A stretch of DNA of 64,000 bases. Origin: Azolla caroliniana. Lineage: Eukaryota; Plantae; Polypodiophyta. Where the stretch lies: the NCBI GenBank assembly GCA_043228905.1, contig JBHGNT010000015.1, forward strand, positions 7,688,001-7,752,000, written 5' to 3'. Positions 49,601 to 61,408 of this stretch are shown one piece after another (position 1 is the first letter of the stretch; each line of letters starts with the position of its first letter). The notes under the pieces are model-generated. The model searched no databases and had not been told where the DNA came from. It worked only from the letters and a program-made list of their open reading frames with translations. The position numbers and the translations under genes are program-made.

Positions 49601-52154
49601 TCCGGTTCATCCTCTCGGCCAGCCCGTTCAGTTCCGGCGTCTTCGGCACAGTAAACTCGAGCCGGATTCCCTTCGAGCGACAGTACTCCTGGAACTGCCC
49701 CCGGTATTCCCCTCCGTTATCCGCTCGTATCGCTTTCAGCTTCTTGCCGGATTCTCTTTCCACTCTCGCGTGGAGTTCTTTGAAGACGGACAACACTTGG
49801 TCCTTTGTCTTCAACGGCGCCGTCCACAGCTTCCGGCTGTGATCATCAATGAAAGTCACGAAGTACTGGGCTCCGCCATGTGACTTCGTTTCTACCTGAC
49901 ACACATCAGTGTGCACCAACTCCAATGGTGCGCTACGTCTCGTCGGTGGCCTTGAGTGGAAGGAGGTTCGGTTCTGCTTACCGGCCAGGCAATCGGTGCA
50001 CTTCTCCAGGTGCACATGCTTTACTGGAATAAGGTTGTCTTCTGCAAGCCTCTTCATCCCCTTCTCACTCATGTGGCACAGTCTTTTGTGCCACAGCTCA
50101 CCGGCAGTGTCGGCTGCCACATTCAGCTCTTCCGGACATAACCGGGCATTCATCAGGTATAGTGTGTTGACCTTCCGGGCCCGAGCCACTATCAGGCTCC
50201 CGTTGCTGAACTTCATGACACCGTTCCGGATGCTGCCCGTGTAGCCTTCATCGTCTAGCCTCCCGGCCGAGATCAGGTTCAAACGGACCTCCGGAACGTG
50301 TCGAACATCCTTCAGCAGCATCTTGCATCCGGTTGATGTCATCAGCCACACGTCTCCTATGCCGGCAATCCGGCATGTACCTTCATTTCCCATCCGGACA
50401 CAGCCATGCTCACCGGCTGTGTAGGATGAGAAGTATTTCTTCTCCGGGGTCAGGTGGAACGACGCTCCGGAATCGACCACCCAGGTCATCTCTACACCGG
50501 CAAGGTTCAGCTCCCTTTCTTCGGTAATGAGCATTATCTCTTCTTCACTTGCCGCGAGTGCCGTCGTTCCTTTCCGGTCCTGCCCTCGCCGATCCGGACC
50601 TCTCCGGTCCGTGGCTCCCCGGTATGCACCGTTTCTCTCCGGTGACTTCTTCGAATCGGTGTCGACGGCTCCGTTGTCTTTTCGGTAATGCCGACAATTC
50701 TTCCGGAAGTGCCCCGTCTTCCCACAGTGGAAGCATGTGGGCCTTCCTCTTGACTGCGACCGGGTCCCCGACTTCTCCCGTCTTTGCGGACTCTGGTTCC
50801 GATGTCTTTCCCATTCCGATTCGGTAAGCAGCGCCTTCGAGTCGGAGGCCGGTTCTTTATCTCTCCGACGCGCTTCTTCGTTCAAAATGCTTGTCTTTAC
50901 CGTTTGTAGAGACAAGTTATCTTCGGTGCAGGAGGTGCTGAGAGTCACCACCAAGTTCTCCCAGCTTTCCGGCAATGTACACATCAGAATGATGGCTTGC
51001 ATTGCATCCTCCAACGGGAACTTGATCGCCGCAAGCTGGTTCACGAATCCCATGAACGTGCTTACGTGTTCCACCATACTCTCGCCGTCCCGGTACTTGA
51101 GATTCACTATCTTCCTCATCAGGGAGGTCCGGTTCAACGCATTCTTCCTCTCATAGAGGCCCGACAGCTTCCGCCACATCTCATATGCGTTGGTGTCGTT
51201 CGCCACATGTTGTAGAACGCTCACGTCGACGTATTGCCGAATGGTTGCAACGGCTTTCCGGTTCAGAAGCCTCCATTCCGACTCAAGTACCCCTTTCGGT
51301 ATTTCCGACCTGTCAATCGGTTCGTACAGGTCCCGAACAATCAAAAGATCCTCCATCTTGATCTTCCAGTCGGCGTAATTCAGCGCATTCAGCACCATCA
51401 TTCCCGGCTGCCCGCTGCCGCCGCCTTCCATTTTCTGCAACAGCTCGCTCTGATACCAGATTGTTGAGAATCGAACCTTCTATTCACCTTCTTCGGTCGG
51501 CCACAACCGATTAATCGCGGATCAATGGAGCAGAAAATAGGAACCACACGGAGAAACAAAATAAAACGCGAGTACACAGGGATTAACGTGGAAAACCCTA
51601 GACGGGAAAAACCACGGGAGTACAAGACTCCAAACCAAACACTATACAGAGAAGTATACAATGGCGAGCTGCAAGGCGACGACCTTGAGCTCGCTGTCCT
51701 CGCCACAGGCGGCGGAAATACACAGAGGCGTCTACCTCTTCGTCTCTCGCGCTCTATCTCTCTCTCTCTCTCACGGCTGCTCTCTCTTCACTCCCCTTGA
51801 GTGGAAAAACAGAAAAATAAGCAGCAACAGCAAACTGTTTGCCCTAAGTCATATTTATACACATATGACTTTCGGGCTATTTACAAATATAGCCTCAAGG
51901 GCTCTTGGCAAACATATTCACAAATATGTCCCCGCATCCGGATCTTTCTCCGGGTACATTCGTCATCCGGCTCCGTAACCGGGGTCTTCAGCATCCGGCT
52001 CCGTAGTCGGGGTCTTCTGCATCCGGCTCCGTAGTCGGGGTCTCTTCATCCGGCTTCATGCCGGATACTCTTCATCATCCGGTTCCGTAACCGCAACCGG
52101 GCTTGCCGTCATTCATCTCCGGACATCCCATCCGGAGGGACCGAAATCCCAACA
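46655..52154 (-). mobile_element. Copia-E: intact, very young Copia (Tnt1/Tork-like)
   Basis: 693-bp LTRs 51462-52154 and 46655-47347 with no differences seen; PBS 51447-51458; PPT 47348-47359; TSD CGTTT. Confidence 0.98.
47358..51431 (-). CDS. Copia-E Gag-Pol polyprotein (1357 aa, uninterrupted)
   Basis: Single ORF with CFHCGKTGHFRKNC, WVVDSGAS, LWHKRLCH...CTDC, VHTDVC, RADNGGEY, NGLAER, LYVDDML, FTDSD, YHSRTKHI. Confidence 0.97.
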   Translation of the reverse strand: MEGGGSGQPGMMVLNALNYADWKIKMEDLLIVRDLYEPIDRSEIPKGVLESEWRLLNRKAVATIRQYVDVSVLQHVANDTNAYEMWRKLSGLYERKNALNRTSLMRKIVNLKYRDGESMVEHVSTFMGFVNQLAAIKFPLEDAMQAIILMCTLPESWENLVVTLSTSCTEDNLSLQTVKTSILNEEARRRDKEPASDSKALLTESEWERHRNQSPQRREKSGTRSQSRGRPTCFHCGKTGHFRKNCRHYRKDNGAVDTDSKKSPERNGAYRGATDRRGPDRRGQDRKGTTALAASEEEIMLITEERELNLAGVEMTWVVDSGASFHLTPEKKYFSSYTAGEHGCVRMGNEGTCRIAGIGDVWLMTSTGCKMLLKDVRHVPEVRLNLISAGRLDDEGYTGSIRNGVMKFSNGSLIVARARKVNTLYLMNARLCPEELNVAADTAGELWHKRLCHMSEKGMKRLAEDNLIPVKHVHLEKCTDCLAGKQNRTSFHSRPPTRRSAPLELVHTDVCQVETKSHGGAQYFVTFIDDHSRKLWTAPLKTKDQVLSVFKELHARVERESGKKLKAIRADNGGEYRGQFQEYCRSKGIRLEFTVPKTPELNGLAERMNRTIMERVRSMLAHAKLPKGFWAEAMSTAAYVINRSPSVPLDGDTPQKVWTGKEVSYRHLKVFGCLAYVHVAKDRRGKLDPKTRPCIFLGYGDDEFGYRVWDPVDKKIFRSRDIIFMEDKILTDWESEKKMKSSKSTGEDQLYEEQSRPAWDRLALEDPAEDGEETEPAEEDENDTGTGPDPEMDSDEEESEEPVTEAPERRYPLRERRAPRRFPEPEHVLLTDEGEPESVEEAKHDTQSRRWLSAMQDEMDSLHENHTYELVELPKGKRALRNKWVFKLKPGDAGNPPRYKARIVVKGFQQKKGVDFDEIFAPVVKMTSIRTVLSIAANMDLEVEQMDVKTAFLHGDLEEEIYMQQPEGFEKKGKEHLVCRLKKSLYGMKQAPRQWYRKFDSFMTDEGYHKTQSDHCVFVKKFEGGDSLILLLYVDDMLIVGRDQVKIRMLKKALHRTFSMKDLGPARQILGMHIIRDRKKKQLWLSQEKYVTKVLHRFNMSEARPVGSTLPANCKLSSKQSPKTKAEKEDMMKVPYASAIGSLMYAMVCTRPDIGYAVGVVSRYMSNPGKEHWNAVKWILRYLKGTANVCLRFGSGKPELDGFTDSDMSADADTSRSTSGYVMTYAGGAVSWQSRLQKTVALSTTEAEYMAAVEAGKEIIWMKDFIRELGIRQEEYRLYCDSQSAIHLAKNAAYHSRTKHIQRRYHWIRERIEDKEFVLTKIHTNDNGSDMLTKVLTPDKLEACRKRIGLERHPMPK

Positions 52155-55100
52155 CGTTTGTGCCGATTGACAAATGTCTTTGTTTGCCTTTGCTTGTGTT
52201 CCAAAGCTGACATGGCCTATATTTGTTCTTCTTCTAACAACAATAAGGCTTCTTTCCGAATTTGTTCCGACCGTAGTTCATTTAACTTTTCCGTTGCTTG
52301 TATTCGGAGTGTCGGAATCTGAAATTCTACTGGCATTACGGCTTCTAACCCGAAAGCCATTCAGAAAGGAGTTGATTTAATAGATGTTTTATAAGACGTC
52401 CGATATGCCCATAAAGCACTATGAAGCTTTTGATCCCAATATGTACGATTTTCATTGACTATCTTTTTGAGTATTGTCTGCAGTGTTTTATTTGTCGACT
52501 TTGCTAATCCATTTGCTTGTGGATAGTAAGGAGTGCTCTTCTTATGAACCATTACATAATATGTGGATAACTCATGTACAATTTTATTAATGAAATGTGT
52601 ACCTTGATCGCTTACTAATTCTATCGGACACCTGAATCAACACCATATATTTTCGTACAAAAATTTGGCTGTTGATGCTACCGCATTGTCTCTGAGAGGG
52701 TTAGCTTCTACCCACTTTGTACAGTAATTTGTGGCGACTATAATGTAACGATTACCTATACGTATGGCTGCTGGTTTAAATGGACCGAAAAAATCCAATC
52801 CCCATTTTTGAAATGGTTCCAAAGGCAAAACAGGTTGGAAAGGCATTCTGTCCTTTTTTGTGGGTTGGCCTAGTCTCTGACATGAATCACATTTTCGACA
52901 ATAGTCGACTGCATCCTTCATTACTATCGGCCACCATAAGCCACTGTTCCATATTTTTTGGGCTGTAGTTTCTTCGGCGTAATGACCACCTACAATACCA
53001 CAATGAGATTCTCGGAGAATTACCAATTTCTCAAATTGTTGTACTACCCTTCTCCAAATTCCGTCTGCACCTTTATGATAGAGAGTGTCGTTTAGAAGAC
53101 AAAATTTCCGACTATGAACGACTAACCATTTTCTTTCATCCGCTGATAGATGCTCGGGTGGTAACCATGTTGTAAGAAAGATTGTCATCTCGGAGATCCA
53201 AGCATCCTCGCTTTCTTCATTTATTTCCTATACCCATACTGCTTCCACTCGAAAGAATTGTCCATCTTGAAAATCGTCTCTCACACCTGTGCCTTCTTCT
53301 CCCGACTCTAGTCGGCTAAGATAATCAGCAATCACATGTTGTACCCCTAGCCGGTGTAATATGTCAAACTCGAATTCTTGCAGTAGTAGCGTCCATCGTG
53401 CCAGCTTACCAAGTAATTCTTGTTTAGAGACTAAATAGAGGAGAGCAGAATGATCGACATGGAATGTAAATTTCTTGCCCAAAAGGTAGTGGCAAAATTT
53501 ATTGACACTATAAATCATTCCTAATGCTTCCCTCTCGGTTGTTGAATAATTCCTTTCTGCTGTCGAGAGTTTCCGACTAGCGTAATACATTGGTCTATAC
53601 CAGTTCGGTTCGGATAACTGCATAAGTGCACTGCCGATTACTATATCCGATGCATCAACGAACACATGGAAGGGTTTATTCCAATCAAGTGGTTGAACCA
53701 CCGGAACCTTAGACAACATTTTCTTGACGCACTCGTACGCGTCCTGCTCCACACTTGTCCATTGAAAAGGAACTTTATGCACCGTTGTGTGTAGAGGAAT
53801 GGCAACATCTGCAAGATAACTAATCATTCTGCTATGTAATCTAATTTGCCCCAAGAACTGACTAAGGCCCTTAGTGTTTGTAGGTGCTCATGCTTCTAAT
53901 AAGGCTCTGACCTTGTTTGGGTCAATTGCAATTCCTTCTTGGCTGACAATATGGCCTAACAATGCTCCACTGGTAACTTCGAACGCGCATTTTGCCGGAT
54001 TCGAACTGAGCCGACCTTTTCGACATTGCTCCAAGCATAGTTGTAAATGTTCGAAATGTTCGGATTTTCGACTATAAATGAAAAAATTATCTAGGAAAAC
54101 TTGCATAAATGCAAGAATGTATTCCGCAAAGATTTCCTGTATAACCCTTTGAAATGTGGTTGGAGCTGTTTTTAATCCGAACATCATTACTACTGCCACA
54201 AACACTCCCCATTCCGTAATGAAGGTTGTCTTCTCTTGATCCTCCGGACGCATCCTTACTTGATTATAGCCATTAAATCCATCCAGGAAACTATACATTT
54301 CATGCCCAGCTACTGCATCCAATATACCATCCGTAAATGGTAATGGAAATGCGTCTGTTATTGTTGTTGTATTCAGTTTCCGGTAGTCGACGCATACCCG
54401 AATTTTCCCATTCTTTTTCGAAACGACTACAATCGGACTCAGCCATGTAGCTTTTTTACAAGTCGAATAAAGCCTACCTTCAAGAGTTTATCTATTTCCT
54501 CTTTAACTTTAATTGCATAATTAGGATTTAAATGATACATGTGCTGTTGAACCGGTTTCGCATCTTTATGCAAGTTAATTTGGTATTGGCAGAAAGCTGG
54601 ATCTAGCCCTTTCATGTCTTCAAAAGACCAAGCAAAGACATCCTTATATTGCTTTAGTAACCCAATTAACCATTGCTTATCCGCCACTGTCACATCTTTA
54701 ACAACCAACACTATTTTCGGCTCAAGCCCATTATCGTCTTCTGCCAAATTTACTTCCTCTAATGCCGAAACTTGGACTGACCCGTTGAGATACCTTCATT
54801 TCTCTTTCGGTAGATTCCTGCTGCATTCGGATTTCTTTCATTGTTTGCTCATCTAGTGGTAACTCCTCTTGTGAATCCACGTACGGTGTCAGGGCTTTAA
54901 ATATGTCTACTTCGAACAAAGGAATAATTTTTGGGTTATCATTAAAATAATGATTCTCTTCAACCTCATCTAATCCTTCCTTCATATTTACGGCCTCTAC
55001 ATGAATTGGCAAATATTGTTTGCTTGTCATAATCTTATTCTGAGTAGACACCCAGATTTTTGTCTTGCCTTTTTGGAAAGTCAATAAATTCTGATTCCAA

Positions 55101-56167
55101 TTTTGCTTAATATTAGCAGTTTGTAACCATGGTCGACCTAATAGCAAAGGATATGCCCCAGGAGCTTCCAAATGAAGCACCACTGCTGATATTTGAAAAG
55201 TGTGCCCACCTAACACGATATCTAACTGTCATAGTAAACCGATTGGTCGTACCGTATTGGTATTGGCCATCCTCAGCCAAAATGGACATGCTTCCCATTT
55301 GGTAATGCCAAGCCTATCACAAGTAGTTTTATTAATTACATTAACTCTTGAGCCACCATCGACAATAGCACCTTCTATTTCTTGACCATGGATTATTACT
55401 TTAATAGATGGATTTTGCTCATCCATAATTGAAGGACTATTACCCAGTTGATTATAGTGGACGACTACCTGTTCTGTCCCTTTCTGGGCAATCAACGTTG
55501 CCACTTTCTCTGTGAACCGAGGAACTAATTTGAGTAATCCCGTCAAAGGTAATGACACTTGGCAATCCACCAAAATTTTCCAAGTTTCCTCTTGTTCTGG
55601 TACGACCATAGCTATGGGCAGTTCATTAGTTTGATTGATCTCATTGTCTTGGAGCATTCGGGACACATTATTCTTATTTGCTTCTTCTACCCATTCCTTG
55701 GCTGCTTTCCGGACAGTGTCCTGAATTTCCCACTCTGATTGTTTACTTTTACTTCTGGTGGTCACTTGCTGAATTTTCGGTATGACCATATGCACAGTAG
55801 GTGTTTTTCCTTTTCCTTTAGACGGACATTGATTTGCATAATGTCCATCTTGTCGGCAAATATAGCAGGTAGGAACAAATGTTCCACTTCCTTCGCCTTG
55901 CACAAATTGATGATTTTCATCCTCATTAGAATCTAGAGATTGTTGAAATTGCCGTGATGCTTTTTGCTTATAGAATTTTTTATTCTTATAACGATTTTGT
56001 TTAAACTGACCTCCATTTTGTTTTTGATGGTCGTTATCTTATGCCGCCGAAAAATCTTGACTCTGTTGATAATTATTTTGTCGAGCAGTTTCTTGGTACC
56101 CATTATTGAACATATTCTGGTTATTCTAGTACCCATTTTTCGGAAAAATTTGTCGTATCAGCACTGT

Positions 56168-56303
56168 TGTTTTGTTAAGTAGATTATATTCACATTGCTC
56201 GACCAAATGGAGTTTAGAATGACATATTCTGCAGAATGCCCAGTAATGTCATTCTAAACTCCATTTGGTCGAGCAATGTGAATATAATCTACTTAACAAA
56301 ACA
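56168..56303. repeat. Perfect 58-bp inverted repeat with a 20-bp spacer
   Basis: Arms 56168-56225 and 56246-56303 are exact reverse complements. Confidence 0.95.
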
Positions 56304-58183
56304 CATTGTTCGAAAACTACCATTGTAGCCTTCGTCGTCTAATCTTCCAGTCGATATCAGATTCAATCTGATATCAGGGACATGTTGAACATCCATCAGA
56401 GTCAGTCGGCACCTTATCGACTTCGTCAAATAGACATTTCCGATTCTGGCTATCTTGCACTCCCCACTATCACCCATCTTTACATAACAATGATCACAGG
56501 CTATGTAAGTCGAGAAATACTCTCTCGACGGAGTTATGAGGAAAGATGCACTAGACCCAAGTGTATTCTTCGCTTGGAAGATTTGCACTTGTATGTTCAC
56601 AAATGAACAAAAGTTCTTCGTTGCTCGTAGCAATGGCTGAAGTTTTCTTTTTTTCAGGAATCTTCTTAGGTTTAACATTATTATGGACACTCTTTTCCTT
56701 CTTAAGATGTTGGCAATCCTTCTGGGGCCCAAGATTTCCACAATAAAAGCACATGAGCTTACCTTTGGACTTCGATCTGGCATGGGATTTGTCCTTTCGT
56801 TGTGGACTTCTTTGCCGGTTCCTTCCTCTGCCGATATGTTGAGCCACATTCGACTCCGAGTGGGACAAGATTCCCTTGTCATTTCTCCTTGTCTTCTCGT
56901 TCAAGATACTTGTTTTTATCGCTTGTACAGACAAGTTCTCTTCTTGACACGAGGTGTTGAGAGTCACCACTAGGTTCTCTCAACTGTCCGGTAAAGTACA
57001 CAATAGTAGAATAGCCTGTATTGCATCCTCAAGGGGGAACTTGGTCGCGACAAGTTGATTCACATACCCCATGAATGTGTTGATGTGCTCGACTATGCTT
57101 TCCCCATCCTTGTATTCCAATCTCATGATCTTTCTCATCAAGGATGTTGAGGGTGTTCTTCCTCTCATATAAGCCTGACAACTTCTGCCACATCTCATAG
57201 GCATTTGTGTCATTCGCCACATATTGAAGTACGCTTACATCAACACACTTTCAGATGGTGGCCACCGCCTTTCTGTTAAGAAGTTTCCATTCCGACTCTA
57301 ATACCCTGTGGGTATTTCTGCTCTATCGATTGGCTCATACAGGTCTTTGACTATGAGAAGGTCCTCCATCTTTATCTTCCAGTCTGCATAGTTCTAAGAG
57401 TTCAGAACTATCATACTTGGGAAGCTGCTCACACCTCTTTCCATGCTTGCACCTCAAGCTCTAATCCCAAAATGTTGAGAAATGAATTGTTGATCCATAG
57501 GAGGAATACACTGAAGATATACAACTCAAAACACACACACAACAGTGCACTCAGATTTTTACATGGAAACCCTAAAAAGGGAGAAAAATCACGGGAGAAC
57601 AAAGCTTCAGTATATAGTGGATATACAAAGGAGAATATTACAACACTCTCTACTGTGGAGTGTATCAGCCTCATAGGGCTCTGGGCGTCTGTTGTTACGA
57701 ACACAGCTATGGCTGTTACCCGCCGGCAAGAAGTCCAAAATACGGAGTGAAGGAATTAATTAAGTAGGGTTGTAAATAAGCATAGTGTGGACGGACGGAC
57801 TGGAAACGGTATGCCGTTCCAGATCCGGACGGATCCCGAATAGGTGCGATATGCACCGTTTTGTACTACGGGCCGGAAACCTATTTAAAGGCCCGGACCC
57901 CATTGTAATCGCAGCGGATAATTAATAGAGCATATGGTGTTTATACTTCTGTGTTGATTTCCGTTCTGTAATTACTGTTATATCTTACGCGTGTAATTAA
58001 CAAAAGCGATCTAATCGTGTAACCTACGTAAGTCGGTGTAATCGTTGAATCTTAATCCTATGCCGTAATCACCCTTTGGTGAAGTGTCTCCGTGACACCT
58101 TGTGTTAGGCCTTGTCCGGCCAGAGAGTAACACAGTTTTGGCGACCACGATTCCTGCTTTCTCGCAGCGAACGACGGTAATGG

Positions 58184-61102
58184 ATGACTAGACCAACGCA
58201 CGACCTGGTTACAGACCGAGCTCGACGCCTCGCCGAACGGCAAAGACGGCGTGAGACTTTCCAGCAAGCAGCGCACGAAATCCGTTCGGATCGTTCGTTC
58301 TCCAACGAGATCCGGAGAGTCGCGGATGAATCTCTTCGGTTACAGCAAACTCGCGACCAGGACGACGGAAGCAGTCTAAGTAGTCTCCGGGAAACCGAAC
58401 GCCTCCTAGAGGCGCTGGCAAGCGGAGAAAACGAGGCAGAAGCCTTTTCAGCCTACGAGTCGGATTCCGAAGGGGGATACAGCGTGCACACGAACTACCG
58501 GAGCAGCAACGATACCCCCGGTGGCCCGGAGGACGACGGGTCGGATACCGTGCCGACTCCAGAACCGGAACCGCTCGACCAGGGCTATCCCGAACCGCAA
58601 ACGGAAGCCGTCAACCCACCAACACCGGAAGTGGAAGAAGCAAAGCCACCGACACCAACGAAAGAGCCGGCGAAGGTACCGGAAGACAAGCCGGTGAAAG
58701 AACCGGAAAAAGAACCGGAAGAGGAACCGGAAAAAGCACCGGCAAAACAACCGGAAGTGGAACCGGAGAGGAAATCGGAAAGATATCAACAAACGCCACT
58801 AAACCGCGGCCTAATACTGGACGACGACATGCCGTTCCAATACTCAAAGTATCGCGATGATCCGGACGCGGAAGCGCATGTTCATGCCTTCGAGCAGACA
58901 TGGGAAGCAAATCACACGTCCCAGCGAATGACACCGGAGGAAGAAGAACGCTCGAAGATAGCGGAATTCGGGGTCATGTTGGAAGGACCAGCGACACGAT
59001 GGCGGCGGACGCAGGACCCGACGACCATCACAACCTTTGCAGAATTAAAAGCAAAATTCTTGCATTTTTTCCACAAGGAGGTCGACCAGACGACAATGGT
59101 GGGCCTATTTTATACGATCCGACAGGAGGCAGGGGAAAGCATTCCCCAATTCGTCATCCGTTTCCAACGAATGCATAGCTAGCTTGCCCGCGCACCTCCG
59201 GAGGAGGAATTACGGACGATATTTTTAAACGCACTCCGGGAACCGTTACGCACGGTGTGTACGGTGATCGACTTTCGAGGAAGCACCATTGACCAGGTCA
59301 TTGACCGGGTCAGAGAAATGGAAAAGTCAAGCTCATGGCTTACACTGGGAACACTGCAACGGGTGTTACCCACCGAGGAAGATCTCCGGTTCCGGCAGGC
59401 AATTCAATGCACAATCTGCTTGAATGCCGGACACTCGGCAGTGGAGTGCACCATGCGAACCCAGTGTGTGATTTGTCAATCCAAGAGTCATACAACGGAC
59501 CGGTGCGAGTATAACCTGCTAAACCGACAAGCACCACCCGTCCGACGGATCGAGCCAAGAAGCAGCCGAGACGAAGATGAAGATCGTTGGCAAAAAATGA
59601 ACCGGTACCGACCGGCACAGGATGTCCGGTACGGAGACAGACAAGAGAATGATGGCCGGTACGGGGATCGGCATGATAACTACGACCGGTATGAGCGATC
59701 GGACCGTTATCGGGAGCCCAACAGACGACACGAGCAATACGACAGAGACCATTCCCCTGGTTACCGAAGGCACCAGGAGGACTACGGCCGATTTTACGAT
59801 CCACCACGACAGGACTACCGAAATAAAAATAAGAATAATAAGAAACGTAATTTCAAGAAAGGTGGTCACCCTAGGGAACCGGAACATGGAACCCCAAGGA
59901 GCCAACCGGCACAGAACGCACCACTCACTACGGGACCGACTTCGGCTACCAGCAATGCCGAATCCAGCAATACCCGGAAAGAGTACTGCTACTACTGCAA
60001 GCAGGAAGGCCACTACAGTAACCAGTGCCCGGCAAAGAGCTACGATAAACGACCAGCAGTTAATATGGTAGTTCCGGAAGTGGCGGATATACAGCAAGTA
60101 ACCACACGGTCGAAAGGCATGGCCAAAGAGTGGGAAACACAAGAGGCCATACGAAAATAGGCGACGGAATGGGTGAAGGAAGCCAATGAAAGGAACGTCG
60201 CGGACGCGGAACGGCAAAAGGCGGATACCATAGGAAGTGCCGGCGGTAGCCACCCAGAAAACGAGACATGGCAAGCACTACAAGAATGTCAGATCACGTT
60301 GCCATTAGGAAGACTCTTACAGCTCGTGCCGCGATTTACGGAAGGACTAAAAACGGTCATGACAGACGGTATAGCCCCACCGGCACCAGTCCTCTTCTCG
60401 AATCCGGAGGAGGGACCGACGGTGGTGGACACTAGTAGTCCGGTGATTACAGCTATTGTCAAAGGGCACGAACTTCCCGGCACAGTAATCGATGGAGGTT
60501 CCGGGGTGAACGTAATAAGCCTCCGCACGTGTGATGCCTTGGGTATACATGAATGGGAGCCATGTCCGTTCTGGCTACGGATGGCGGATACGAGCTCTGT
60601 ACGGCCGACGGGCTTAATACGGAAATTGGAAGTCACCATAGGAGGCCACACATTTCACATCTCAGCTGTAGTGCTGCAGCTACAAGCGCAAGGTGCGTAC
60701 CCACTGTTGCTGGGCAGACCATGGTTGAAAACATCACACATCAAGCAAAATTGGCGGAAAAATATGATTACCTTCCGGCGTGGAAAAGCCAAGGTCCGGG
60801 TTCCGACACAACCACGGACGAGCAACGGTAAGGAATGCACACCGCTATATGCGGAATGCGTGAATATGCTTGAAGGGTTAGCAGACGACGAAGAAGCCCA
60901 GTACTTGGAAGAACACCCGAAGATCGTACCACTCTTCGAGATTGACGTAGCTGAAGCCGTAGCGCCATACTTACCGCAGCGGGACGAAACCGAAGCCGAA
61001 CCCGACAAAGATTCGATTCGGGAATTACGGCAAGCACAGGAAGCGTTGGAACGGGAAATGGCCGTTTCCCAACGGGTAAAAACATCCCAAATCGAGGTGT
61101 GA
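58184..61102 (+). pseudogene. Gypsy-D gag-protease (one frame, two TAG stops)
   Basis: CTICLNAGHSAVEC, CYYCKQEGHYSNQC, VIDGGSGVNVIS; TAG at 59180 and 60158; ends SQRVKTSQIEV*. Confidence 0.88.
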
Positions 61103-61408
61103 ACGGACGTGAAAGCAAGGAGCGAAAAGGTACGTAATGGGCATTTAAGAGCCGCCACGTTACTTAATACTAAATCGGTACACGACGTGCGCATGCTCGA
61201 AAAAGGCGCCAAGACGCACAGAGAAAAAGAAGAGCGCATGGAGACCTTCTTTTTTCGCGAGCCAAGAAGCACAGAAGCACCAAGGCAGTGGAAGCTTAGC
61301 AAACGCGAACTTGCACTCAGAGAACCCCCGCGTTCAGAACGCTCTCTCTCTCGCTCTCACTCTCATCACCACTCTACCTCGCCATCTTTCCTCGACCTCG
61401 AAGCAGAC

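Larger units (their letters stand above)
42551..56245 (-). mobile_element. Gypsy-C: degenerate non-chromovirus Gypsy with a 3' accessory ORF; 5' end lost; interrupted by Copia-E
   Basis: Gag knuckle CYICRQDGHYANQC, PR IVDGGSRVN (~55360), RT 54747-53888, RH 53854-53228, INT 53188-52160 + 46649-46400; 3' LTR from 42551 to 43451 or 43497; minus-strand TATA (GCCTATAAAAGG) at ~43234-43245. Confidence 0.9.
33343..57713 (-). mobile_element. Copia-D: old Copia hosting a large nested block; INT-RT missing
   Basis: 3' LTR 33343-34002, PPT 34003-34014, RNase H 34013-34459; gag-PR 56304-57443; decayed PBS 57458-57469; 5' LTR from 57473, cut at 57713 by Gypsy-D. The two LTRs are clearly homologous but diverged. 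Confidence 0.88.

Noticed and set aside
56168-56303. miRNA precursor or MITE
   Set aside because: Arms are gag coding sequence, there is no TSD, and the hairpin sits exactly on a rearrangement junction
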